DNA from: an uncultured delta proteobacterium
GTDB taxonomy: Bacteria > Myxococcota_A > Polyangia > Polyangiales > Polyangiaceae
NCBI GenBank assembly: GCA_963841435.1
Contig: CAWJCS010000004.1
Span: 845,934 to 909,933, forward strand
Direction of reading: 5' to 3'
DNA length: 64,000 nucleotides
Part shown: positions 15,926 through 26,243 of the stretch, piece by piece
Layout: each line of letters starts with the position of its first letter
Numbering within the stretch: position 1 is the first letter of the stretch
Translations under genes and position numbers: made by a program
The notes under the pieces: generated by a model
What the model saw: only the letters and a program-made list of their open reading frames with translations
What the model was told of the DNA's origin: nothing
Database searches by the model: none

Positions 15926-16418
15926 TCAGCCGGCAAGCGTCTCGCGCAGCAGCGCCACCGCCCGCCGCACGGTGGCGAGGCGGACGGCCTGGCGGTCGCC
16001 GGGGAAGACCTCGCGGTGGTGGCGAATGGGGCCGCCCTTCACCGCCGCCGCCATGTGGACGAGGCCGACCGGCCGGCCGGGTGAGCCGCCGCCCGGCCCG
16101 GCGATGCCGGTGACGGCGAGGCCGACGTAGGCATGCGAGCGGGCGAGCGCGCCTTCCGCCATCGCCCGCGCCACCTCCTCCGACACCGCGCCCTTCGTCC
16201 GCAGCAGCTCCCGCCGGCACGCCGAGCAGCTCCTCCTTCGCCTCGTTCGAATAGGTGACGAACCCGCGGTCGAACACATCCGACGACCCGGCGATCGCGG
16301 TCAGCAGCCCGGCGATCAGCCCGCCCGTACACGACTCCGCCACCGCCAGCGTCATCCCCCGCGCCCGGCAGCGGTCGAGAATATCGGCGGCCAGCGCCAG
16401 GTCTTCATCGGTGAACAT
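15926..16418 (-). CDS. cinA: CinA C-terminal / NMN deamidase family protein (frameshifted)
   Basis: [54 protein letters not shown]. Confidence 0.9.
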
Positions 16419-16476
16419 ATGTGCATTCCATCCGCAACATTTCTACAGATTAGTTTTCCGAGCTTTCTCATATGCC

Positions 16477-17661
16477 TCACGGATTTGGTGCGGGAATAGG
16501 GAATTGACCTGCGGACTGCGACTGCTCAGGAGGCGTACCTTGTTCTCCCTTCTGCCCGACGGAAGACGTTGCCGCCGCGTACGTGCCCGCCCGTCGCTGA
16601 GCGGAGCGGTTAGCCCAGCCGGCCGGAAGAAAGGATGGGATTTCCTGCGGCTGTTGGAAAAAAATGTAGTTTATGAAGGTGCCGAAACGCGCCTCCGCAT
16701 CGTTCAGCAGCGACTGGCAGCTTAGGATCCCGTCCAGATTGTTGCCTACCGATTTCCAATGGATGCGCTGATCTTTCTTTTTCTTAAGTGAGAACCCCAC
16801 CGCTGTTCGCAAAACAAGTTGGGCATGGGTCATGTCGCCTGACGCCACAAAAGAGAGAGCAAAACCATCGTCCGTGACTTCGTGGTAATCCTTCAAAGTT
16901 GAAAGTATCGCCCAGACAACCGAGCGCGGCACTCCCTCAGTCCGCACGCCCGCGGCGTCGTGCAGGTATGCATCAGACACCCGAAACTTGGCTCGGTACC
17001 CATCCGACGTTGAGTGCTTCTCACCGATCCACTCGCCTTCGATGCGCAGACCAGCCCCCTCCCTCGGGACAATCCAATAATCGCCGGCTAGGAAATTCAT
17101 CAGATCATGTTTGACCGCCAGCTCGAAATCGACTGTTACGGAGTGGCCGTCAACGGGCGCCGCAATGTCAGGATCGAACAATATCCAGAAACCGAGGGCG
17201 CGCGGACGCCACGCAATCAGCAACGGCTTTTGCATCAACGAGGCATAGGCTTGGAGACGCTGCAGGTAAGATTTTTTGAGTTTCAGGAACATATCTTTGC
17301 TGGTCTTGACCTCAATCAGCGTGCTGCACTTCTGGTCGCCAATTTGGAAAACCGCAAACAGATCTGGCACCTTCCACAAACTGCGCGCCGAGTTTTCAAG
17401 CACATCTTCGCTAAGTCTATGGACGAAAGTGCAACAGCCGAGCCAGCGGAGAATGGCAGCGAACTCTATTTCTGAGGACAGTCCATATTCAACGTGCTGA
17501 ACTTGACGGATAAACTTCTTAACATCCGAAAAATTCCAGTTAAGGTGCTCCGCTGCTTTAACAACAGTGTGTGCGGCATCTGTTGCCGCAAATGGTTCGG
17601 CCATTCTGTCGAACTGAGGTCGTTGAGCCGTCGGTGGCCGACTTGTGGGCGGATCGCTCAT
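16477..17661 (-). CDS. Hypothetical protein with PD-(D/E)xK (REase/Hjc-like) nuclease domain
   Basis: Intact 394-aa ORF in a visibly AT-richer segment; GLSSEIEF...VPDLFAVF...LIEVKTS. Confidence 0.7.
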   Translation of the reverse strand: MSDPPTSRPPTAQRPQFDRMAEPFAATDAAHTVVKAAEHLNWNFSDVKKFIRQVQHVEYGLSSEIEFAAILRWLGCCTFVHRLSEDVLENSARSLWKVPDLFAVFQIGDQKCSTLIEVKTSKDMFLKLKKSYLQRLQAYASLMQKPLLIAWRPRALGFWILFDPDIAAPVDGHSVTVDFELAVKHDLMNFLAGDYWIVPREGAGLRIEGEWIGEKHSTSDGYRAKFRVSDAYLHDAAGVRTEGVPRSVVWAILSTLKDYHEVTDDGFALSFVASGDMTHAQLVLRTAVGFSLKKKKDQRIHWKSVGNNLDGILSCQSLLNDAEARFGTFINYIFFQQPQEIPSFLPAGWANRSAQRRAGTYAAATSSVGQKGEQGTPPEQSQSAGQFPIPAPNP

Positions 17662-17877
17662 TGTACCACGTTCAACATCAAGGCCATTGTTCGACAGTCT
17701 TTGTTCCTCTCGTAGCGTGGCTGACGACCACGCTCCGTAGAAATCACGGCTCGCACAGGGTGTAATAGCATCAGCGTATTGCGCCGGATGAGGCGTGGAT
17801 CACACTTTGATGATCCTGCCCCTACCGTTCTCCGACGCCGGAGGTTTCACGAGCGTGCCCGAAGGTCCGAGGTCGCG

Positions 17878-18429
17878 TCAGTGCATGCGGATGAGTTGAT
17901 CGGCCTTCTGCCGCTGCTCCGGCGTCAGCGCCTGGTAGAGGGCATCGAAGGCCGGCTTGATCTTCTTCATCGCGGCGAGATGCTCTTCCATCATCTGCAG
18001 GTGCCGGTCGAGCCACTGCGGCAGTGTCGCGTCCGGCTGGCCGGGTGTCGGCATCCACTTCTGCTGGGACTCGGCCAGGCTCTTCATCTGCGCGCGGACG
18101 ACGTCGGCGAAGGCGTTCCAGGGGCCGCTCTGCGCCTCGGTGATGCCGAGCCACGACTTGAGGAAGGCGAGTTTGCCCTCGGCGAAGGCCTGGATCATGC
18201 CGGGCGCCATCATCATCCCGTGATGCCCGCCTGGACCCATCATCCACGGAGCCCATCATCCACGGACCCCAGTCCCGTGACCCATTCCGGGCCCCATCAT
18301 ACCCGGCCCCATCATCGGCCCGGGCTGCCGGGCCGGTGCCTGCGGCTCCGCCGGCGGCTGCTGGGCGAAGGCGCTGCCGGCGAGGATCAGCGAGGCTGCG
18401 GCGAGCGAAGCGGCGAATTTTCCGGTCAT
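17878..18429 (-). CDS. Spy/CpxP-like (LTXXQ motif) periplasmic protein with Met/Gly-rich repeats (frameshifted)
   Basis: Signal peptide MTGKFAASLAAASLILAGSAFAQ; MMGPG repeats; LGITEAQ..W.AF; LYQALTPEQRQKADQL. Confidence 0.75.
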
Positions 18430-18606
18430 GTCTGATCTTCCTGCTTTCGTGGGGCTATGCTTGTCAGGGCTCGGCGACAGGCAGTGGCGCGTTGGCCTTC
18501 AAGATCAACACGCCATATGCGGAAATGGGGCTTCGACGGCGACGACCGCAAGCGGCGGCGGATGAAGATGCGGACATGCGGCGGATCACGCTCTCGCTGA
18601 TCCGCC

Positions 18607-19131
18607 CTACGGTTGCGGAGCTGCATCGAGCTTTGCCTGCAATTCGCCGAGCCATGCGCGCAGGCGGTTGCGGTTGACGCCTAAGTCCCAGTAGCCGGTT
18701 TCGGCGCGGCTGTAGGCGCAGAGCGTCGAGCGGGTGGGGGTGAGCGGGACGGCCCGGAAGCTGATGCGGTCGACGAAGCCGAAGACGGCCGTCTTCTGCT
18801 GGGATTCGATCTGCAGGCCGTCGGCGGAGACGGCGGTGATTCGCGTCCGCGGCTGGCTCTGAACGACGACGGTCCAGGCCTCGGCGAGACGTTCGGCCGG
18901 GACATCGAACGTGGGCGCGGTCTCGTCCGGGGTCGCCGGGGTGAAAGCAGAGGGCGCGATCAGCCAGCGGTTCGGGCTTGCGGGCAGGGTGAGCCGGCTG
19001 AAGTCCGTCAGATTCGCCTCAAAAGGGGTTTCAGCCTCGGCGGTCATCGCGGCGGTCGCGATCGAAGCAGCGAGGACGACAAACGCCACCCGATGCCCCC
19101 GGCACTGCCCCGGAGCGGAAAAGATCTGCAA
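18607..19131 (-). CDS. DUF1499 family protein
   Basis: FSRLTLPASPNRWL; FGFVDRISF; YSRAETGYWDLGVNRNRL. Confidence 0.75.
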   Translation of the reverse strand: MQIFSAPGQCRGHRVAFVVLAASIATAAMTAEAETPFEANLTDFSRLTLPASPNRWLIAPSAFTPATPDETAPTFDVPAERLAEAWTVVVQSQPRTRITAVSADGLQIESQQKTAVFGFVDRISFRAVPLTPTRSTLCAYSRAETGYWDLGVNRNRLRAWLGELQAKLDAAPQP

Positions 19132-19208
19132 CGCAGATCATCTCCGGGGTCGGCGCCGAGCGTGCGCCCCGCCGATCAGCGAGGCGCCGCCGCATCCGTC
19201 GGGCGGAG

Positions 19209-19667
19209 TTATTTGTAATAACCGACGCCGCACACCTGGTCGCCGATTTTGGTGATGTAGGACTCTTTCGGCACCGGTGTGGTCTCACCCGGTTTCGCAA
19301 TCATGTAAGACGCTTCCGAAAGCTTTCCTTCCTGGGCGATTTTGTAGAATTCCTCGCCGTAAGCCTTGCCGGTCGGGTCTTTACGATCCTTCATGCTCTG
19401 TCCGACCAGAGAAGCGTTGGCGCCGTGCGCCGAAAAGTTGCCGTCCGGACCGCCGCAAAACGGATAGAGATCCTTCTCCTTGAACTTGCCGGCCGTGATC
19501 TCCTCCAACGTCTTTGCCTTGTTGGCCTTCATGTCGGCAACGACTTTCTCCAGCATGGCTTTCGCTTCCGCCGCCGTTCCGGCTTGCTGCGCCGACGCCG
19601 GCGTGACCGCAAACATCAGAAGTGCGAGCACGAGCATCGACACCCATCGCAAGAGCTTCATGTCCAT
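19209..19667 (-). CDS. Stand-alone secreted single Cache-domain protein
   Basis: Signal peptide; GTAAEAKAMLEK; FKEKDLYPFC; LVGQ...KDPTGK; PK.SYI...CGVGYYK. Confidence 0.8.
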   Translation of the reverse strand: MDMKLLRWVSMLVLALLMFAVTPASAQQAGTAAEAKAMLEKVVADMKANKAKTLEEITAGKFKEKDLYPFCGGPDGNFSAHGANASLVGQSMKDRKDPTGKAYGEEFYKIAQEGKLSEASYMIAKPGETTPVPKESYITKIGDQVCGVGYYK

Positions 19668-19877
19668 TCCTCCATATCGTTGGTTTCGTAAGACTTGTGC
19701 GCAATCGTGTACTGTCTGCGGGAGCCGAGGGCAAGTCCTCCATACCACCTAATGGGGAATGCCGAGGGATCCTTAAGAGCATACGCTGATGCCCGAACGG
19801 CGCCGGGCTGCGCGAGCCGAAATTGCCCGGTCCGCTTGGAGCATGTCGTTGCCCGTAGCGCGGCCGGGGAGCGGGAG

Positions 19878-19953
<76 letters not shown>

Positions 19954-20181
19954 ATCGCCGCGGGTGGGGGCGAGGGGCGATCCGACCCGGCCCACGATGC
20001 GCCGCTTATAACAAGCCGGGCGGCTTTGTGTCCAGCCGCCCCGGCCGCGGCGCGGTCGGCGGCGGTCGGTGAGCACACCGGTCCGGCCGCGTTGCCTTTT
20101 CATGAGAGGACGAGTGCCTTTCGGGCGGTTCGAGATCCGGAGTTTAGGCCTAACCCATTGATGACAAGCCATACCCGCGAA

Positions 20182-20341
20182 GTGCGCGGCGAAAATGTCG
20201 TCATTCGTCGTCATTTGTCGGCAAACGTCGTCATCGGCAGCCGGTGCGCGGCGAAAATGTCGTCATCGAGGCACCCACCGCGGCCCACAATGTCGTCATT
20301 CGTTCGTCAAATGTCGTCATGTGTCGGCACGATGTCGTCAT
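20182..20341. repeat. Helically phased array of GTCGTCAT octamers
   Basis: Exact copies at 20197, 20207, 20227, 20259, 20292, 20313, 20334; variants at 20217, 20303, 20323; 23-bp repeat GTGCGCGGCGAAAATGTCGTCAT at 20182 and 20244. Confidence 0.9.
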
Positions 20342-20397
20342 ACCGGTTCGCCCGCCTGGGATCCGAATCGCCGGACGATTGCTGCGCGCCGGGAATG

Positions 20398-20438
20398 GAA
20401 CATAATACGAACATACGCGAAGCCGCGGCGCCGGTCAA
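20398..20438 (-). promoter_or_regulatory. Putative sigma70 promoter overlapped by a LexA box
   Basis: Minus strand TTGACC-17bp-TATGTT; GAAC-ATAATAC-GAAC at 20398-20412 (GTTC-N7-GTTC on the minus strand) overlaps the -10. Confidence 0.7.
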
Positions 20439-20473
20439 CGCCCCCGCCCGACTGCGCGGAATCGCCAAGACAG

Positions 20474-20929
20474 TTACTTGTCGAAGGTCGTCAGGGGCGC
20501 CCCGTCGTCGGCGACGAACACGGCCAACAGGCTCGCCGGCTCGGTCGCACTCGCGTTCTCGCTGACGAGGTGCTCGCTGCCCGGCGGCTCGAAGAAGCTC
20601 TCGCCGGCGCTATAGACCCGGGCCGGTCCGGTCGCGGAGTTTTCCGAGCGAATTGTTCCCGAGAGCACGTAGGCGAATACGCTTCCGGCGTGGTGGTGCG
20701 CGCTGGAGTGTCCGCCGGGGCCATAGGTGACGACGAGTGCTGTGAGGGTCTTGCCCGGAACGTTCGGCAGTTTCTCCGCGAATGCCTGCTTCACCTCGGC
20801 GCCCGCGCCCTCGGCGGATGCGCTCGACGTGGGGCCGGCCAACACTATTCCGGCCAGTATCACACCGGTCGACAGCAACGCCGCCGCAGCCGGCAAACGG
20901 CGGTGCGTCCGATACCCTTGTCTCATCAT
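20474..20929 (-). CDS. Secreted cupin-domain protein
   Basis: LPNVPGKTLTALVVTYGPGG.S.AHHH; AYVLSG; Y.AGESFFEPPGSEH..SENAS. Confidence 0.85.
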   Translation of the reverse strand: MMRQGYRTHRRLPAAAALLSTGVILAGIVLAGPTSSASAEGAGAEVKQAFAEKLPNVPGKTLTALVVTYGPGGHSSAHHHAGSVFAYVLSGTIRSENSATGPARVYSAGESFFEPPGSEHLVSENASATEPASLLAVFVADDGAPLTTFDK

Positions 20930-21413
20930 TGCGCCCCCCGTTGAGCCTCTTCGGGCGCTCGCGTGGGCAGGTGCCGGCGGATGCACCGAGCGGAAGCCGA
21001 TGGCGATCCGGTTCCAGGCATTGATGGTGCCGATGAGCACCGTCAGCTTGACCAGCTCGTCCTCCGCGAAGTGCCGGCGCGACCTCCTCGAAGACGGCAT
21101 CCGGGGCGTGCGTCTCGGAGATCAGGGTGAGTGCTTCCGTCCAGGCCAGGGCCGCCCGCTCGCGCTCGCTGTAGAGCGGCGATTCTCGCCAGGCGTCGAG
21201 CAGGTACAGGCGTTCCTCCGTCTCGCCGCGGGCGCGGGCGTCGCGCGTATGCATCTGGATGCAGAAGGCGCAGCCGTTGATCTGCGACGCGCGCGTCTTC
21301 ACCAGCTCGATGAGCGACGATTCCAGCCCGCAGTTGCGCACGTGGTTTTCGAGCGCGCCCATCGCCTTCATCGTCTCCGGCGCCGCCTGATAGGGGTTCA
21401 GTCTCGGTTGCAT
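20926..21413 (-). CDS. Carboxymuconolactone decarboxylase / AhpD-like protein (frameshifted)
   Basis: ELVKTRASQINGCAFCIQMH; AWRESPLYSERERAALAWTE; INAWNRIAI. Confidence 0.9.
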
Positions 21414-21467
21414 CGTCTCGCCCTCCCCGATTGACTATGTGGGAGCCGCCGACATCGAGGACGCGTT

Positions 21468-24292
21468 CTAATGCGCGGAGCCCCAGTCGCGGCCGGTGCC
21501 GGTGTCGACGACGAGCGGGACGGAGAGGTCGGCGACCGACTGCATCGTCCGCACCACTACCTCGCGGGTCGGCTCGACCTCGGCGTCCGCCACCTCGAAG
21601 ATCAGCTCGTCATGCACCTGCAAGAGCATTTTTGCAGCGAGCCCGGCCGCTTCGAGCGCCGCCGGCAGCCGGATCATCGCCCGCTTGATGATATCGGCGG
21701 CGCCGCCCTGGATCGGCGCGTTGATCGCCGCCCGTTCGGCAAACGCCGCGCGCCGCCGGGTTCTTGTCGGCGATCCCCTTGCGTATGGCAGCGCCGGCCG
21801 AACAGCGTCGTCACGAACCCCTTCGTCCGGGCGTCGCGCTTGGTCCGTTCCATGTAATCGCGGATGCCGGGGTAGCGGGCGAAGTAGGCGTCGATGTAGG
21901 CGCCGGCTTCGCCGCGGCCGATGCCGAGCTGGCGGGCGAGGCCGAAGGCGGAGATGCCGTAGATGATGCCGAAGTTGATCGCCTTCGCCTTCCTGCGGAC
22001 GAACGGGTCCATGCCCTCGATCGGCACGCCGAACACCTGGCTCGCCGTCATCGCGTGGATGTCGTGGCCGTCGCGGAAGGCGTCCTTGAGCTGGCCGATG
22101 TCGGCGACGTGGGCGAGCAGCCGCAGCTCGATCTGCGAATAGTCGGCACTCAGCAGGACGTGCCCGGCGGGGCGACGAAGGCACTGCGGATCTTCCGTCC
22201 CTCCTCGGTGCGGACGGGGATGTTCTGCAGGTTCGGATCGGACGACGACAGCCGGCCGGTCGACGCCACGGCCTGCTGATAGGAGGTGTGGACGCGGCCC
22301 GTTTGCGGGTCGATCTGGCCGATCAGCGCATCGGCGTAGGTGCGTCTTCAGCTTGGCGAGCTGCCGCCAGTCGAGCACCTTGGCCGGCAGCGGCTGGCCT
22401 TCGAGCGCCAGCAGTTCGAGGATATCGGCGCCGGTGGCATAGGCGCCCGTCTTGCCCTTCCGGCCGACGCCGAGGCCCATCTCGTCGAACAGCACCTCGC
22501 CCAGCTGCTTCGGCGAGCCGATGTTGAAAGGACGGCCGGCAAGGCCGTAGATCTCGCGTTCCAGATCGCCGAGGCGCGCGGCGAAGTCCTCGCTCAGGCG
22601 GTGCAGCGCGTCCCGATCGACGAGGATGCCGTGCGCGCTCCATCGCCGCCAGCACCGGCACCAGCGGCCGCTCCAGCGTCTCGTAGACGGTGACCAGCCG
22701 CTCCGCCAGCAGCCGCGGCTTGAGGGCGGCGTGCAGTGCGAGCGTCACCTCGGCGTCCTCGGCGGCATAGGCGAGGGCCCGGTCGGGCGGCACCCGGTCG
22801 AAGCGGAGCTGCGCCTTGCCGGTGCCGGCGACTTCCGCGTAGCTGATCGTCGTCCGGCCGAGATGCAGGGATGCCAGCTCGTCTATGCCGTGGCCGTGCA
22901 GGCCGCCTTCGAGCACGTAGGACAGCAGCATGGTGTCGTCGAACGGCGCGAGCGCGATGCCGTGGCCGGCGAAGACATGGGCGTCGAACTTGATGTCGTG
23001 GCCGATCTTGAGGACCGAGTGCGTCTTCCAGCAGCGGCTTCAGCAGCTGCAGCGCCCGATCCGGCGTCGAGCTGCGGCAGGACGCGAGCGCCGCCGGCAT
23101 CGGTGTGGGCGAGCGGGATGTAGCACGCCTCGCCGGCAGCAATCGCCAGCGACACGCCGACGAGCGGCCGCCGTAAGCGGGTCGCGCGCCGTCGTCTCGG
23201 TCTCGACGGCGACGCATCCTGCCTCGTGCGCGCGGGCGATCAAGAGGGCGAGTTGGGCCTCCTCGGTGACGAGCGCGTAGGCGGCCGGAGCGGCGGGCGC
23301 CGGCGTCGGCGATGTCGAGGGCGAGCTGGGCCTGCGCCGCCTTCGCCGGCGTGCGACGGCGCCGGGATCGCCGCAGGTCGAGGCGGGCGATCAGCGAGCG
23401 GAACGCCTGCGCCTGCAAGAACGCCTTCAGCGCCGCGCGGTCCGGCTCGCGCTTGGCCAGCGCCGAAAGCGGCTCCGGCACCGCCACGTCGTCGGCGAGC
23501 GTCACCAGCCGCTTCGACAGCCGCGCGTTCTCGGCGTGCGCGATCAGCGCCTCGCGCCGCTTCGGCTGAGCGATCGAGCCGGCGCCGGCGAGCAGCGTCT
23601 CCAGATCGCCGAACTCGCGGATGAGCTGGGCGGCGGTCTTGACGCCGATGCCGGGGACGCCGGGTACGTTGTCGGTCGGATCGCCGGCGAGCGCCTGCAC
23701 GTCGATGACCTTCTCCGGGCCGACACCGAACTTCTCCTCCACCTCGGCGGCGCCGATCGCCCGGTTGTTGACCGGGTCCCACATGCCGACGCCGTCGCCG
23801 ACGAGCTGCATCAGGTCCTTGTCGGACGAGACGATGGTCACCTCGGCGCCGGCCTCGCGGGCGAGGCGCGCGTATGTCGCGATCAGGTCGTCCGCCTCGA
23901 AGCCTTCGGATTCGACGCAGGCGACGTTGAAGGCGCGCACCGCCTCGCGGATCAGCGGGAACTGCGGCACCAGCGCGTCCGGCGGCTCCGGCACGGTTGG
24001 CCTTGTAGGCGGGATAGAGGTCGTCGCGGAAGGTGCGACGGGCGGCATCGAAGACGACGGCGATGTGATCGGCGTCGGTCTCCTTGAGGAGCTTGATCAG
24101 CATCGTGGTGAAGCCGAAGACGGCGTTGACCGGCGTGCCGTCCGGCCGGGTCATCGGCGGCAGCTTGTGGAAGGCGCGGAAGATGAAGCCCGAGCCGTCG
24201 ACCAGATAGACGTGGCGAGGTGCGGGGCGGGAAGGGGCCGCCGACGGCTCGGCCGCCGGCGCGGGCCGGCGGCGGTGCTTCGGCGTCGATCA
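21468..24292 (-). CDS. polA: DNA polymerase I (many frameshifts; start approximate)
   Basis: [77 protein letters not shown]. Confidence 0.96.
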
Positions 24293-24514
24293 GTGGTCGT
24301 CCGCGGCGCCGTCGGCGCCGGTGAAAACGAAGTGCCGCGAGCAGTAGGGGCAGACGACGTCGCCCGCGGCGCCGATCGGCAGATAGACGAGCGGATGCCC
24401 GAGCGCGCCGCCGCCGCCGTCGCAGCCGACCTTGCGCGCATCGACGAAGATCGTCTCGTCATACTCGCTGGCGAGAGCGGGCGTCTCCGGCATCGTCGTC
24501 GTCAGGTCCTGCAT
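24290..24514 (-). CDS. zf-CHCC zinc-finger protein
   Basis: VGCDGGGGALGHPLVYL...VVCPYCSRHF. Confidence 0.85.
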   Translation of the reverse strand: MQDLTTTMPETPALASEYDETIFVDARKVGCDGGGGALGHPLVYLPIGAAGDVVCPYCSRHFVFTGADGAADDH

Positions 24515-24591
24515 GGCGGCTCGATCGGTTCGGATAGACGACAAGGCGCGCCCGCCCCGCCGCCCGGATGATAGCGAATGCCGCGAGAGGG

Positions 24592-26111
24592 TCAATCGGC
24601 GGCGGAGCGGCATTCACGGCCCGAAGCAGCTTCGGTTCGACGCAAGATCTCCCGCATGACCTCCTCATCTGGATGGGCGGACCGCCGAACGCCGGACTCG
24701 TCGAGCAGGGCATCGCGGCGGCGAGATCGTCCTCCGCCTTGGCATCGAGCGTGTTGAAGAGGCCATGCGAGCAAGGGGACGGCGGTGGAACAAACGTTCG
24801 CGCCTTCGCGCGGTGAGGAGCTGATCGTGATCAGCGCATCGGCGAACAGGTTGCCGCGGCAGCGGTCAGGCGGAGCGGCATAGGCGGGAGCCCGCTTACG
24901 GGGCCGTCGCTGCCAGTGTGCGCAGACCCATCAGTGCTGGAACGGCATCCGGCGTCGTGCCGCGGACACGACCGGCAGCGCGAGATCAGCGCCTCGGCTT
25001 CCTTTCGGACCGTCGCCTTGCGGTTCCCGCTCAGCCACGCGAGCACCGCCTCGGCCCGTTTCGCATGGCCGAACCGGGGGAATCGACCTGTTCCAGGACA
25101 CCGGCCGCCAATCGGATCATCGCAGGACTTCCTCGCCCAGTCCCGCGAGCACGTGCCTCCCTCAACGCCGCCAGACATCGGCGTTGGCGACGATCGGCAG
25201 CCGCGAGTGCGCATCGCCAGCGAGCTGAATCTCGTTAGGTTTCCCCAGCGCTTTCGAATCCGGCAGCGAAATGCGTTGCGCGTCATCGGCAACGGTGCGC
25301 TAGGTCATCCAGCGACTGCATCCGCTGTCGCTTGCCCGGCTGGTCCAGCGGCCGAGTTACGCCGGCGTAGCCGCCGATCGTGGCAATGACGACCGGTGTC
25401 GTCCACGGCCACGTTGCCGGAACCTGGCAACGGAGATGATCGACAGCCGTCGTTTCCATCGTCAGGGAGCCACATGGGTCGTAGCGGGTAGCATCCGACC
25501 GCCGGGATCATGCCTGCTCCAGTTCGTCCGACACATCGCTGGCCGGCAATTCCGATCGGTTGCCGATCGAAGATGTGGCAGTCGGGCCATTCTTCCAGAT
25601 GGCGAAGGAAGGCATCGAGGATATCGCCTCAAGCGCGGATCGGCGATTTCTCCCGCTGATCGAGAAGAGTAGCGATTGGCCGTTCGCTGGATCTTCGCCA
25701 CTGCGTCGACCAGGTCGCGTGCCTGTTCGTACTGCAGGCGTCGGAGCTGCACGCCACGGAGGTCAGCGTCTGGTTGGCGGCGAGGAAAGTCGATCGGTCT
25801 TCGACAACATCTCCGACGAAGTTCCTGCCGGAGACAGGGTCGGTCAGGATCATTCCGAGTGGTCGGCGACCGAGCCTGTGCAGCTCCGGCCGCTGCTGCC
25901 GCCAGCCCAGTCGAATTCCGTTGTGCCCAGCGGCGGACCCATAGCGGCAAGCCGCTGGGCAGAGAACCCGATTGTCGAGCAGATCGGCGCAGCAGCCCCA
26001 AGGCTCGAGTGAGGCCCGAAGCAAGGTTCCCGGCCGTCGGCCGAGGCCGTTACCCTTCGGAGCCGGTCCTACCGATCCCCGGTGTCGGAGATGATGACGG
26101 GAACTCTTCAT
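24592..26111 (-). other. Unresolved hypothetical coding region (probably one frameshifted gene)
   Basis: RBS-like AAGGGGG before ATG 26111; protein-like fragments across minus frames; no recognisable motif. Confidence 0.3.
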
Positions 26112-26243
26112 GATAACCCCCTTGTGCGCTGTCCGGCCGGCGCTCGATGGCGGTGATGCTCAGGCCACGGCCGTGCTACCCGGTTGCCTCAGATCCTCGA
26201 CAGCGGAATGGGTCCGATTGGGATCCCTTCGTAAGCCGCTCTC

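Noticed and set aside
16486-16512. tRNA-3'-end-like fragment (…TCAATTCCCTATTCCCGCACCA on minus strand) as an att site
   Set aside because: Does not match the tRNA-Phe 3' end and the T-stem does not pair; likely chance
20182-20341. Possible CRISPR array
   Set aside because: Units are 8 bp with irregular short spacing, no repeat-spacer architecture and no cas genes in the window
20474-21413. CMD-cupin fusion protein
   Set aside because: ATGA overlap at ~20926 and a signal peptide on the cupin indicate two genes joined by an indel
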